Below are positions 42,235 to 55,529 of a stretch of 64,000 nt of DNA, piece by piece (the first letter of the stretch is position 1; every line of letters starts with the position of its first letter). The stretch comes from Tubiluchus corallicola (lineage: Eukaryota > Animalia > Priapulida), in NCBI GenBank assembly GCA_030141605.1, contig JAQGDQ010001021.1:5725-69724 (forward strand), in the 5' to 3' direction. The translations under genes were made by a program, and so were the position numbers. The notes under the pieces were generated by a model. That model was not told where the DNA came from and made no database searches. It saw only the letters and a program-made list of their open reading frames with translations.

Positions 42235-42458
42235 CCTTGCCTATAAAAAGGACGTGTCACCGCTGATCGGTGACCACCTATTAGCAGGTACCACAAAAGG
42301 GTGGTCCCCTTTTTCTTGTTTTTTATATAAGCCAATATGTGAGATTATTCAAAGTGCTGTGAATTATGTGATTATTTTTGTTATGATTTGTAACTTAATT
42401 TGAAATGTAAAGTGTAACAGTTAAATTTGAATGTGACACTTCCTTTTTATAGGCAAGG
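42235..42458. mobile_element. Short MITE with TIRs of about 26 bp
   Basis: TTAA|CCTTGCCTATAAAAAGGACGTGTCAC...GTGACACTTCCTTTTTATAGGCAAGG|TTTA. Confidence 0.85.
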
Positions 42459-43397
42459 TTTACCATCAGGCGAACAACAATACATGACAACAATATAAAC
42501 ACGTAATTACATCGATAAAAAGACTCTTGAAACGAATTTTAAAAATCACACTTATTTGGTTCTAAATTAAGTTTTAAAGACGTTAAAACACAGTGCCAAT
42601 AAAGATTCAATTAAGAGGGCGCCACTGTAATTATCAAGAAGTTATTGCCCACTAAGAGGAACTTCAGTTTCACATTGTTACAGTTATTAACTGTAAACTG
42701 TTCAAGCGGGCATCAATTCCAGCTGAAAACGTTCGCTGGCTGGACTTAATTACATAATATTGTATTTCCATTAATATTTTATGATATTTTCCTGTCGGAC
42801 AAAGCATTCAAGAGCGTAAAAAGAATTTCTGCTGTAGGTTTTTACCCGACTTGACACAAGGGGGCGCCAGCGGTCTTCTAAACACCTTCGCCAACATTTC
42901 GCGGAAGACGGCAGAACTAAGCGATGGTAAATAATGTATAAATCTCGAACAAAATTATGGCATTTAAGAAAAGCTGCTCCGCCATGTTTGCTGAGCATTC
43001 CACTTATCAGCCTCACCCCCGCGCCTAGAACAGCCAACCAGTTTTTCCACAGATTCCTACGCTGCCATGTCAGGTGCAGCCAGGTGTGCAATTATTCAGC
43101 CGAACTTATTTATTAATAATGTGGCGCCGCGTGCATTGTGACGTAGCCCTAGAGAGGAAGCTGAGGAATTCATACAGATGCGGGTAATGGATGGGCATCG
43201 TGAAGCATCAATAGTTAGAAAACCCACAGAAAAAGTGAGCTGCGTGGGGGGTGGGGGTAAGAACAGCACAAAAGTGACAGGCTTGCAGGAAGCAGAGCAC
43301 AGACTAAAAAGGTCTATGGGTTTTGACCAGAGATATAAAAATGTACAAAACGGTTCTTAGGCGGTCACATCCAAAGAACATTTTCTCTGCTAGTTGT

Positions 43398-44378
43398 GGA
43401 TGATGACGATGACGACGATGATAGTAGTGATGATGATGATGATGACGATGACGGATGATGACGATTACAACGATGACAATGATGATGGTGAGGACGACGA
43501 TGACAATGATGATGGTGATGATGACGATGATAATGATGATGACGACCACGATGATAGTGATGATGACGGATGATGATGACGACGATGATAATGATGACGA
43601 CGATGACATTTAATCTCTATAAATACACTGTAGCTTTATTTTTATTACACAAATGCGTCACTAGCGAGTTCCATTTTATATTATTTAAGACCCCCTGGGG
43701 TCATCAACACTGAAGTAGCCACTATTTTCAGAATGTTTTTCTGACCATCCAAAAGTGGATTCCACGATCCTCGTGAAATCTAAACTACACGCGTAGTGGA
43801 GCACAAGTTAAACAAACAGGCTGCTACTAAATGGCCCGGCCAACGCGTGTTTTCACTGTGGAATGTGATCACGTACGCTCGATGAGACCAACTCACTTCT
43901 AATAGACTTCCAACAAATTTACTCCGCTTGATAAACAACAATAAACAGGGATCTCTCTCCCAAGTGGCGCACCGGCTCAGGTTGGGTTACATAATCCGCC
44001 GAGCGCAGCGCTGCAGTCCACTGAAGCCCTGAAGTTAAAAGAAGCCACAAACTCCGGGGTGCCCGTTTCTGAGTTCAGACAATAATAGTATATATATATA
44101 TATATAGATGTATATATACAACGTTGATGATGACGACGATGATAATGATGATGACGACGACGACGACGACGATGATGATGATGATGATGGATGATGACGA
44201 TGACAATGATGATGATGATGGATGATCGCGATGATGAGGACGACAATAACAATGATGATGGTGATGATGAAGATGATGGATGATGATGGCGGTGACGACG
44301 ATGATAACGATGATAACGATGGTGATAATGTTGACGATGACAATAATGATGACGATGATGACATTTAATCTCTATTAA
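43398..44378. repeat. Two (GAT/GAC)n tracts (43398-43620, 44125-44378) sharing the end gacatttaatctctat
   Basis: Direct inspection; the shared 3' flank suggests an old duplication. Confidence 0.85.
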
Positions 44379-44472
44379 TATGTGTATATATATATAATAG
44401 TATATATATATATATACTATTATATCAAGATACAGTGCAGAATTATCAGCCTGCAAATAGAGACCTTACATG

Positions 44473-44760
<288 letters not shown>

Positions 44761-45247
44761 CATGTATATGTAAACACATGTTAGATATATATGTTAACAC
44801 ATGTTAGACACTCATACGAGGAAAACCCGGCAAAACGATATCAGCAGTTTCGCGAAAAGGAAAACGATCCTTAACCTTCGAAATCCACGCAACACTTTGC
44901 CTACATAGATTGAGTTTTAATGCTCTTTCTCACGCGGGGAATAGCTAGACTGGGAGATGTTTTAGCAGAAGAGATAAAATCGCCCAAGCGGCGAAAAACG
45001 TGTTAGTTATCAGACGAAAAATCAACAACAGCCATTTTAAAAGCGCTGTTTTCTGCATTAAGGCGGGCACCGAGAGAAATAGTTTTTCGGGCATCTACTA
45101 GCTGGATGCCTTGCGTCCTTTAATCTTGTCCTTAACACAATATTTACAAGTACAGCAAATGATAGAGCGATTCAGTTGAAATTTCGCAATAATTGTTTAT
45201 CCTGCGCCGAAAACGAATGTAAATTTAGAAGTTTCCAACTCTTGTTA

Positions 45248-45798
45248 NNNNNNNNNNNNNNNNNNNNNNNNNNNNNNNNNNNNNNNNNNNNNNNNNNNNN
45301 NNNNNNNNNNNNNNNNNNNNNNNNNNNNNNNNNNNNNNNNNNNNNNNNNNNNNNNNNNNNNNNNNNNNNNNNNNNNNNNNNNNNNNNNNNNNNNNNNNNN
45401 NNNNNNNNNNNNNNNNNNNNNNNNNNNNNNNNNNNNNNNNNNNNNNNNNNNNNNNNNNNNNNNNNNNNNNNNNNNNNNNNNNNNNNNNNNNNNNNNNNNN
45501 NNNNNNNNNNNNNNNNNNNNNNNNNNNNNNNNNNNNNNNNNNNNNNNNNNNNNNNNNNNNNNNNNNNNNNNNNNNNNNNNNNNNNNNNNNNNNNNNNNNN
45601 NNNNNNNNNNNNNNNNNNNNNNNNNNNNNNNNNNNNNNNNNNNNNNNNNNNNNNNNNNNNNNNNNNNNNNNNNNNNNNNNNNNNNNNNNNNNNNNNNNNN
45701 NNNNNNNNNNNNNNNNNNNNNNNNNNNNNNNNNNNNNNNNNNNNNNNNNNNNNNNNNNNNNNNNNNNNNNNNNNNNNNNNNNNNNNNNNNNNNNNNNN
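45248..45798. other. Assembly gap (551 N)
   Basis: Run of N. Confidence 1.
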
Positions 45799-45865
45799 TG
45801 CTTGAAACATGAGACAGTTAAATCAAGTTTAATGCATAAATAGTGCAATTATCTTTGCTACTCAC

Positions 45866-45951
45866 CCCCTGACTTGTGTCGTCTGGGTCAGTCCTGGGAT
45901 TGTGGCGCGTCCATCCCAAAGTCGAATCTTTGGTAGTGTCCAGTAACACGA
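45866..45951 (-). CDS. Eph: Eph receptor coding exon 2 (N-terminal strand of the ligand-binding domain)
   Basis: Minus strand reads ttgtttcag|TC GTG TTA CTG GAC ACT ACC AAA GAT TCG ACT TTG GGA TGG ACG CGC ... CAG GGG|gtgagt = (V)VLLDTTKDSTLGWTRHNPRTDPDDTSQG. This matches the Eph V-LLDT...L-W...G motif. Length 86 nt, phase 1 to phase 0, joining in frame to W at 8010. Confidence 0.95.
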
Positions 45952-46902
45952 CTGAAACAAATAATGAACCATTAACTACTGAACTAACGAATTACCGCAT
46001 TAATTAAATAGTTAAAATGAATTAATTGCTAAGTAACAGAGTGGGTGTTCTGCATTAGTATTGATGTAGGGGGTAATAAAACTCATTTTACCATGACACT
46101 TACGTGATTATACACTTTCAAACTAGGAAACACGTCCCCAGCGAGTAATAAAACTGTATTTATTGCAAACAGTACCAGTGCAGGTTTAAACGTAACAATG
46201 TAATTTTAAAAATTGAAAAAACAAAACGGACGCTACAGCCCAAACCGTCAGCTCCTATAAAAGCAACCTAAAAGATGCCCGCTTCAAAATTACACTCGAA
46301 CAAATTATACAAGTGATAAAATTGTGCTAAATAGTGACTTTATAAAACCGAAACTGAAATCTTTAAGTGGCGTTAAATCCTAAATAATGTTTGTTATGCA
46401 CATACACGTTTCCCTACCTGTTAAATTTGGTCTTCCCCTTTAACTGTCATCAGTCATGTGGCCAGGTAGACATTACCTGACATGCAATTCAAAAAGATAT
46501 GATGTGAATGTTGTAGTTGATTTCTATTGTTTTTTTGCAAGTTATAAGTGCCAAAACTCAGAGAGATCACAAGTAGGTGTCTAATTATCTTTATTGAACT
46601 TCTTTATACAATTAGTGCTATTTCGCTGTTATTTTTTTGTATAATTATAGACAAAAATCTCACGTAACCTAATTTAGTAATTTACCTGTATCAAACTTAT
46701 GTTTTCCGCTAAAAACATATTGCTGTAATTTATTGTTACAGATAAAACGACAATTGCTGCATATTAAACATATATGGATGTTCTGGAGTTTAAATGTAGT
46801 ACAATGTTGCATCGAAATACATAAACCTCTTGCTCTTATGACAATATTCAGCGTTTTTGTTTACTTAAATTAATCTCTCAGCGTCTATCGTTTTATTGTG
46901 TA

Positions 46903-47385
46903 CCGTATTTTCCCGTGTATAAGAGACCCTTTTTTGCTCAGAATTTTCACTTTAAAAATAGGGGGTCTCTTATACATGGGAGTAAGTCTTTTCAATAAGA
47001 TGCATAAATTGTGACACTAATGATTTTAAAGAAATAAGTGCTCTACAACTGTTTTATTTCGAATAATTATAGTTTCCTTTCAATAAATCTTCTCCATGGC
47101 TAAATTCTAATGATAAAATTAATGTACCGGGTAAGTTATTATTTTTTTAAATGTCAAAAGAGGACAATGCCATTTTTGAGCAGAGTGACTCCTCTGATGA
47201 TGAACTGGCTGGAATTGCTGAAGGTCTGACTCCAGTTGATATTTTTGATGAGAGTGATGAGGAATTTAATGATTTCTATGATGAATAAAGTTATTCATTA
47301 CCAAAAAACTTTTTTCCAGAATTTTTGCCTAAAAATTGAAGGGGTCTCTTATACACAAGGGTCTCTTATACATGGGAAAATACGG
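46903..47385 (+). mobile_element. pogo-like MITE, family E copy 2, 483 bp
   Basis: Same TIRs and TA flanks as 25223-25705; near-identical by eye (one difference seen: gatttttatg vs gatttctatg). Confidence 0.92.
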
Positions 47386-47658
47386 TATATTTATTTTGTA
47401 AATTTCTTTGCTATTCGTTATCATGTATATTTATTATGTAAATTTCTTTGCTATTCGTTATCATGTATATATATATATTTAATTTAGTTCTCAATAAATG
47501 CGCAGTGCGAAAAGTTTTAGTCAATTGTAACTAATTTGGTTTTAAGTGTTAGTTTGAATGTGTAGGCCTGTTAGCAATGACTCTATTGGTTTTATCAGTT
47601 CTTATAAGTTGGTTACAAGTAAATATGATTTTAACTTCAAGCATAAATTGTATGTAAC

Positions 47659-48099
47659 TAGGTTTATCATACGTCCGGGTTTCCCCGGACACGTCCTCTT
47701 TTTGGGCCTCTGTCCGGGCGGGTGTTCAAAAAATCTGCAATTTGTCCGGGTTTTGCTTCAATTCGGACGTTGCCAACTGCAGAGGCGTACGATATTACGA
47801 GACAAAGAAAAGCTCGTTAATTTTCAATACAAGATGTTGCTAATATCTAAAAATACGATTCCTGAGAGCCAAAATGTTTCTGAGAGCCAAGAAGAAGCAG
47901 GCGACTGACAGTTACAGTGCGTTAATGTTTTTTGCAGTATAGCCATTTGGTATTGCTATTAGAATACATGTAGGCCTATTTGTATAATTTCCATTTTATT
48001 TTGCATTATTTTAATAGACCCTAGACTGGTCATTTTTGCCTACTTACAAGTGTAGGAAAAAGTATCCTCTTTTTCAACTCAGACAATATGGTAACCCTA
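47659..48099. mobile_element. hAT-like MITE with an 8-bp TSD
   Basis: TATGTAAC|TAGGTTTATCATACGTCC...ATATGGTAACCCTA|TATGTAGC; subterminal TCCGGG repeats. Confidence 0.8.
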
Positions 48100-49001
48100 T
48101 ATGTAGCAAGTTTTATAGCAATACAGAGTATTAATAATAATAAATAAACAGGTAACTAATAAGTAACAAACCAAACCAATGCCTCACAACGCTATGAATC
48201 CATTTTCTAATCTCAGAGACCTTACTTAAACTGGAAATGTTATTAAAACGAGGCCTAGCTAAGAGAAAATAAGTATCTTTATTTATCACCTTTTTTACAA
48301 GAAAACACAGAGCATGAAACGATAATATGATACAAAGTGACAAGATTATTAAATGAATAAATTATCTGAGTTAATGACATTCGAGTGATTGGTGAAGAAC
48401 TAAAAGTTACCAAAGTCAACCACCCTAAAAACAACCATGCAAAAAACAAGACAATTCAGCGAAATTCAAAATCGACTGACAATGCCGGCAGTAATCTGAC
48501 TGTTTTTATTGCAGGAAAATGGCCGCTTTGAAGTGCAAACGGGAGGCTATTTAATTCTCCATTACAAGTAATGCAATTCCTGTTGGCGTATTCGCCCCAA
48601 GTGAGTCGCGGTCGCATCTAACACAAACGCCTGCTTAATCCTCTGTGTACAGTCGTGGAACGCTGCAAAATAATGCACATGGGACAGCTCGGCGAGGTGG
48701 GAGAGAGCAAGCTTGGCATTCTTGCGCTAATGTCAAGAATGGCAGCGCTTGCGTCCGTGGAAGTGGAAAACAATAGGCGCTCAACCTGTTGTTGACAAAG
48801 CTTTTGTCGTTTATTATGTAGGTACAGTAGCTGTTAAGCAGACAATAATATACAGCAAGCTATCACGGCGGTGTGAATAACCAAATGCACCATCAATACT
48901 TCATTAAAACCAATTTTAGGTTACTCGCGAAGTAACCGTTTGGGTTTGTATTTTCTACACCGTTAAATTGAAAAAAGTTAAAATTGAAAACGGTTTGTTA
49001 A

Positions 49002-49463
49002 CCCTTTCATGCCCGTTGTATCCCTTGGGATACGAGGATATTTTCTGCCTTTAAAATTAATAAAATTTTAAAACCGACAGTTATTTGATCTGTTAATAGT
49101 TATTTTGATTTATGCCAATAACAATAGACTAAAAATGGTGATAAAATGGCAAACTAGAAAATCTACATAGCATAAAAAAATGTTCAAGCTGCAGTACTTT
49201 AGAGACGACTTCGTACAGATCAGCATTGCATGCATGCTAAATGTCTTAAATACTTTAAAATATTATCAGCAGTTGGATACACATCAGCACATTTTATGCT
49301 TCCATTGAATCCCAATGTATCCCGTGGGATACAGGCTATATTTAGCACGCGGGCACAGGTAGAAAAAAATAATTATTATGTGTAAACAAGATGGACATAC
49401 TGAACGAAAGTACCAAGCCAAAAATTTTTGTCTTATTAAAAAAATAATTTGGGACTGAAAGGG
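49002..49463. mobile_element. piggyBac-like MITE, family F
   Basis: TTAA|CCCTTTCATGCCC...GGGACTGAAAGGG|TTAA; internal palindromic TGTATCCC.TGGGATAC occurs twice. Confidence 0.85.
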
Positions 49464-49770
49464 TTAATGTTCACGTTACAGGTTTCAGAATTTAGATTAT
49501 TATAAACCTCCGTAGGTTTATTTCGCTGTTTGTTGGTGCGAATGCTGAACTGATAAATTCAGAAAATTGAAAGCACACCGCAATGCAAAAACTGATAATC
49601 AAGCAAGCAGCTATTAACAACGTAAAATATTCATGTTAATTTAAACGATTTCACAAAGGTAACAGATGTAAGCTTGATTTTTCAACTTTTGCACAGCTTT
49701 GTATTTTCAATGCGAATTTCGATTTTTAAGTAATTTCTAGGTAGTACAAACGAATTTAAACTAGTTCACA

Positions 49771-50200
49771 CTAGTCTTGATAACCACCTACTGTTCCTGT
49801 GTGACACAACAGTCACAACTTTGTGTTCCTTTTGAGTAGAATCCAGAGCGTTTCGTCATCTCATGAGCCGAATCTCCACAAGCCACTCTTCCTACCCTTT
49901 TGAACTTTCTTTTATCCATCACTTCTCTCCTTACTTTGCACAACTCTTTTTTTAAATTGCCTAAATACCTTCAGTTTTTTCTTTTCTCATTATTTGGACG
50001 TGTTTATAATGGTGCAAGCACCTAACAAGTTTTACTTCTAGTTCTTGCCATTTATTATATGCACGCTGCCATATAATCATTATTATTAACATCTATTTCT
50101 TCCCAGTGTTTCTTGATATTGTATTTGTATTTACACTTCAAAATAAATTTATTATTATTATCATTATCATTATTGTTGTTGTTGTTATTATTATTATTTA
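49771..50200 (+). mobile_element. Retroposon 3' end / SINE-like family G copy 1, with (TTA)n tail
   Basis: About 390 bp closely matching 56066-56458; ends aaataaatttattattatta. Confidence 0.75.
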
Positions 50201-50522
50201 CGAAGACTAATTTTATCTTGCGTTACCGGTTCATCAACGCAAAAAATCAATCCAATACTAGACGCGATGTCATCATTTATGAAATAATATTGACATTCAA
50301 ACGGGTGTTCGAGAATAAATTTACAAAGTTTGCTTTAACTTAACGCAAACATGCGTCCAACAGTAGAAGAGTTGTATTGACATACTACTGCTAACTACGT
50401 ACACTTCTTCATAAACAAAAGAATATTGAATTTTTCATTGACTTGCGTACGCTTGTGTGTACACACTGAATTAGCTGCAGCATGCAAACCAGGGAGAGTC
50501 TTTTACGGCTAGAGTTAAGGTC

Positions 50523-51052
50523 TAGGTATGCCTTAGAAATTGTCCACTGTCATAGTACAGTGTTATTTATAATTGAAGAGAGATAGGTATGCCTCAGAAA
50601 TTGTCCACTGTCATAGTACAGTGTTATTTATAACTGAAGAGACATAGGTATGCCTCAGAAATTGTCCACTGTCATAGTGCAGTGTTATTTATAACTGAAG
50701 AGAGATAGGCATGCCTCAGAAATTGTCCACTGTTTATTTATAACTGAAGAGAGATAGGTATGCCTCAGAAATCGTCCACTGTGATAGTAAAGTGTTATTT
50801 ATAACAGAAGAAGGATAGGTATGCCTCAGAAATTGTCCACTGTCATAGTGCAGTGTTATTTATAACTGAAGAAAGATAGGTATGCCTCAGAAATTGTCCA
50901 CTGTCATAGTGCAGTGTTATTTATAACTGAAGAAAGATAGGTATGCCTCAGAAATTGTCCACTGTGATAGTAAAGTGTTATTTATGACAGAAGAGAGATA
51001 GGTATGCCTCAGAAATCGACCACTGTCATAGTACAGTGTTCTTTATAACAGA
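50523..51052. repeat. 61-bp minisatellite (about 9 copies)
   Basis: Unit taggtatgcctcagaaattgtccactgtcatagtacagtgttatttataactgaagagaga. Confidence 0.96.
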
Positions 51053-51595
51053 AAAGATATCTTTTAACTTTGCACGGCAGATCAGTTAAAGGAGAGAGGC
51101 GCATCAAATTTTAAGATATTATTTTGTAAGATAAAGGAAGACAGGATGATTTTTCATACACCACCCCATTTTCACTACTCTATATTTGCACTTCAGTACT
51201 CTTTGTTTAACATCACTGTAAGAAATGTTATATGCACAAATAAGAAAAGCTAATTACAGAATCCATAAATGTAATATTGTAGAATTCACTCTGTATAGTG
51301 TCTATGTAAAATTGTATAATGTTAGTACAGATATTTTTGCCTGCAATAATGCTAATAAAGACTTATCATCATCATCATCATCATCATCATCATCTGGACA
51401 AATTATAGATCTCGCAAACAAAAACTTTTAAATGGCTGACGAATGTGATTATCAGCCCTGACAAACTTTACTTTCACTATTCTTCAGGCAAGGAAACTTC
51501 TACTACAGAGGTCAATACATTTATCAACACAAGGCGATGGATTTGTCAAAAGTGTCAACCGAATGGGTAATTTATCTGTCTCAGAACGGACAGTT

Positions 51596-51835
51596 TAGTA
51601 ATTACCTACTAAAACATCCAGACAAGTGTGGTATACAGTAAGTAAAATTGTACTGGGGTGCAGTGCTTTTAAAGTCAATTTTAATTGCAATATATTATGC
51701 CTTTTTATCAATTTCTGGAATAGTAATTACCTACTAAAACATCCAAACAAGTGGGGTATACAGTAAGTAAAATTGTACTGGGTTGCAGTGCTTTTAAAGT
51801 CAATTTTAATTGCAATATATTATGCCTTTTTATTA
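51596..51835. repeat. Tandem duplication of about 125 bp
   Basis: tagtaattacctactaaaacatcca...atattatgcctttt occurs twice. Confidence 0.9.
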
Positions 51836-52284
51836 CCTCTGAAAGTGTTATATGACAACTTAGCGTCTTTAGTTTTTTAGCATTTCAGAATCATAATGCG
51901 GTGAGCAATATTTATTACACAAATTAAGTTTTAAAAACGCATAATGGGCACATAAATTAACAAAATTCTTATTTGATTTGTAATTTACGGCAATGTGGGA
52001 TGAGACGGTCAAGATTTTTACACATAAATTAATTCTCTGTTGGATGCACGAGGAATGGAATGACTTTGGAGGCGATAAATTCACGGAAATGGACAGAAAT
52101 GCCACTTTTACTCTCAAGAAACTTATTGGAAACTTTTATAAGCAATTTTATGATGCAAAGACGCTCAAGGTAGTAAAAGTTTTAAAGTCGCATTTAATTA
52201 AATCACTGTCAGTAGGTTAGTAAATTACATTTAATTCATGTGAACTAATAATTAGCTTGCTGGTCTAAATATGCTGTCTATTAA

Positions 52285-52802
52285 AGGAAAACCGGATGAT
52301 TGTTTAGGCTCAATCTCATTTTATGTTTACTGTCCGAAACGTACATTTTCTTGAGTATAAAAATTAGCAATTGTTTCTTAAAGTTAATTAACGGCAACAG
52401 AACACTATTGCTTACGTCAGAAACTAACCACAATTTGTGCAATGGTAGGCGTCTTCCCTTGCACGGCAAGCATGTTTGCGTAAGTGTTACAGCACTGTTT
52501 AAACGCATGATGTCAGGAAAATGGGCTCTACATCATATGACGTCAGAAACTAACACTGCAGTTCATGATCATGGTAATCACGGTATTGCCTTCTATTTGT
52601 TGGCCACGCGAATGTGACAAAAAGGCGTCGCTGCCAATCTTAGTAGATTCACTGAGCCGCGCATAGCTTTGAAAGTTTAACAAAATTTGAGTATTCGAGG
52701 TAATAGTTATTTTACCTAAGCCTTGATTTAAAAAAAGCTATTGCAGTTTTCAATATTTTAAAGCATTATGAACTCGTGTTTACACAATCGTCCGGTTTTC
52801 CT
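52285..52802. mobile_element. Kolobok-like MITE
   Basis: TTAA|AGGAAAACCGGATGATTGTTTA...TACACAATCGTCCGGTTTTCCT|TTAA. A TTAA TSD with RR...YY termini is the Kolobok signature. Confidence 0.82.
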
Positions 52803-53115
52803 TTAATGTTCATGCGAACATTAAATTAACTTGCTGGTCAAAATATGCTGTCTATTAATACCGTCCTTGTATTACATAACAGATTACATCTATGTACTAT
52901 ATATATAATCATTTAGCAATCAGAGCATTTCACCGACTTAGGCAGTTTTTGGCTTTCTCTCGAAAATATAATAAAATGAGAAGGCATTAACTTCTTAATT
53001 CTATTATTTAGACGTCAAAATTCAATATTTTAATCCTTTTACTGGGACCCACTTTCGCATGGGCAATGTCTTTATCAACGTCTGGCGGCCATGAGAGGGA
53101 CTTAGGGAACCTTAC

Positions 53116-53182
53116 CTTGGTTAGCCGATGCTAGTGAACACGTCAGCAGAGCACACACACTTGCAAACCACAGCCAACACAT
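53116..53182 (-). CDS. Eph: Eph receptor coding exon 1, signal peptide (the exon probably spans 53240-53116)
   Basis: gccATG TGT TGG CTG TGG TTT GCA AGT GTG TGT GCT CTG CTG ACG TGT TCA CTA GCA TCG GCT AAC CAA G|gtaagg = MCWLWFASVCALLTCSLASANQ, a hydrophobic core with an A-S-A cleavage motif. The phase-1 donor G plus TC of exon 2 gives Val (NQVVLLDTTK). A strong acceptor tttctctttttttcag lies at 53241. Confidence 0.88.
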
Positions 53183-53349
53183 GGCTAAGACGTCTCTTTT
53201 TAACCGAGTCTCTCCCCCACTGCGCGGGTTACCTTCAGCTCTGAAAAAAAGAGAAACTGTTAGAATGCGAATCATGCTGTGGTTAGAAATAGATTGGATA
53301 CACGCGATCGCCTTAGTTTTCAGCTTTCCTTTTTCTATTTGATTATTAA

Positions 53350-53885
53350 CCCTTATAGGGTCACGATTTTTTACAACCGATTTTGGTAACCGGGAGGTAA
53401 AAAAATTACCCCCACCATAATTCGTAAATTACTTTTGATAAACCGCCGTGTTTCATTAGTAAACAGCAACAGCATATTTTGTCGTTATGCTGACCACCGT
53501 AGGATACATTATACCTCGGCTTAAAGACATGTGACTTACTAGTAATACGAAATTTAAATTCACTTAGTTACGTTCCCTTATCTATGCTGGAATAACTGTA
53601 GACAACCGACATTGCTAGCGCATGTGCAAAAATCATTGTTATTTTGAATTTATTGTCTACTACTTTCTTCTTTTAGGTGGAGTAATTTGAGTAACTGACA
53701 TTTTGTTTTATCAGATACATCGCCCGTATAATGTATAGACAAGCGAAGTAAAGTTTCGACAATTTTAAAAAATCGACATATTGCATTTTCACTTTTATTT
53801 CGTGGTTTAGACAATGCGTCTAAGGGTGAAATGCAAAAAAACCGGTCTGGGGGTAATTTTTTACCACCCGGTGACCCTATAAGGG
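53350..53885. mobile_element. piggyBac-like MITE, family B copy 2
   Basis: TTAA|CCCTTATAGGGTCAC...GTGACCCTATAAGGG|TTAA, a perfect 15-bp TIR. Confidence 0.92.
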
Positions 53886-54269
53886 TTAAGGTATGACTCC
53901 AATGCGCGTAATGCATATACAACCATTTATATTTAAACACGTGGAAGTGTTTCCATGTGTACGCAACGCGTATTCCATGATGAATGATGCGTGATACGTA
54001 TTGACTCGAACGTGATGGCTAGCATTCGAATACGCATTACGCGCACATGGAGTCGTACCTTAACGCGTAACTTCTTTAAACTGTCTTTAAAATGCGGCAC
54101 ATGTAAGAACATTTCACGCAAAAAAGTAGACAACAAGACTGTAGACATTTATTAATGTTACAAAGCGAATGAGTACACGTCTTATCGAAGTGCGAATTTC
54201 TCTCAATGTTGGATTCGCGTAGCAGCAGACCTGATTACCTAGAAATACAGTGAGCCTCGTAGTATTTAA

Positions 54270-54830
54270 TAAGTAGTAGTAGTAGTAGTAAAATCTTTAT
54301 TTGCCATTTTAAAAACATCAACCATCATAATAAAAGACAGACAATCAGTGTTAGTTCATATATAAAAACATAAACTGTTCTGGGCAAATGCGTCTGGTGC
54401 AAGCTAAACTATAAGTGCAAGTAGAAATTCAAAAATAAAATATAAACTAGTTTAGTAAGGTCTAGGAAAATGAAATTATGATTTGAGTAAGTATCATCGT
54501 GTTCGTATGTCGGATATTCAAAACGAGTCATTAAATGTTTTTTTAATTTAGACTTGAATAATAAAGAGCTGCCGTGTTTTAGTGATGTCGGTAATGAATT
54601 CCAAAGTTTTATTGCTTGCTTAGTGATGGAATTCTTTCCATCTTGATTGTTCGTTCTAATGTTTCTTAAATGTAGTGTTCTGTTGTTCATACTGGGATTT
54701 TCAAGAAGTGGGAGCTTATTGTTTTTGAAAGGAGAATTAATAATGTTGATCATATAACAAATAATCATAGATCAATGCAAAAATCTGGAAGGTTAAAAAC
54801 GTCCAGCGTGTGTAAGGTTTCAGGTTTTTA
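54270..54830 (-). mobile_element. LINE (CR1/L2-group-like) 3' end with (TAC)n tail
   Basis: ORF 54409-54768 contains SITKQAIKLWNSLPTSLK...FKSKLKKHL, the WN-LP...FK..LK ORF2 C-terminal motif; AATAAA and (TAC)n tail. Confidence 0.82.
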
Positions 54831-55529
54831 TTTAGTTAGCATAAACCCAAACGTAAACATACGCTATCACCAATAAAAAATAAATACAGGCATTACACTG
54901 CGTCAATGTAACGCTACAATACAAATTTCAGATTTAATACTCTAATTTTTGTTGAAATTTAAAAATTAAACAGAGAAATCGGATTTAATCGCGCATTTAT
55001 TCAAGGTCTTCTTAAGCCCGAACCAATTATCTAAAGATTAAAACTGCTGATAATTTCGACAATTTGACTTATTCACGAATTCAACTTAACTTGAACATTT
55101 CGTTTCGCATTTTGTTTCGCGATTACCAAGACCCTACAGTAAAAATTGATGAAAATCCCCAAAGAAACGTTTCGAAAAACGCACATCAGGAAGTTCGCTA
55201 CATAGACAATGGAGCCATAAAAACTTACACAAGTCATAAACTGCTCAGCAACAAAGTTAGCCGTATCTACAGTTGCATGACAAGTTGGGATTTTATCCTG
55301 ATAGGAAAATTTCTGCGCAAACAGGATTCCTAATCGCCTATCAGTGCAACAAAGTACTGTTGTTAGACCACAAAGCACTGCATTTCATGACTTGCATGGC
55401 AATTTTCAGATTATCACAAAAATCACAACTGCGTACTGCCATACAGCAGCAAGCCAATAACAGTGCTGTACTATTTTGTAGCAAAAGATAACGGTAACTG
55501 AGTTGAAGTTTTACGTCAAATCACGCTAT

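Larger units (their letters stand above)
45952..53115 (-). other. Eph intron between coding exons 1 and 2 (7164 bp, phase 1)
   Basis: GTAAGG donor at 53115 and TTTCAG acceptor at 45952. Confidence 0.85.

Noticed and set aside
45172-45848. Poly-X ORFs
   Set aside because: Artefacts of the N gap.
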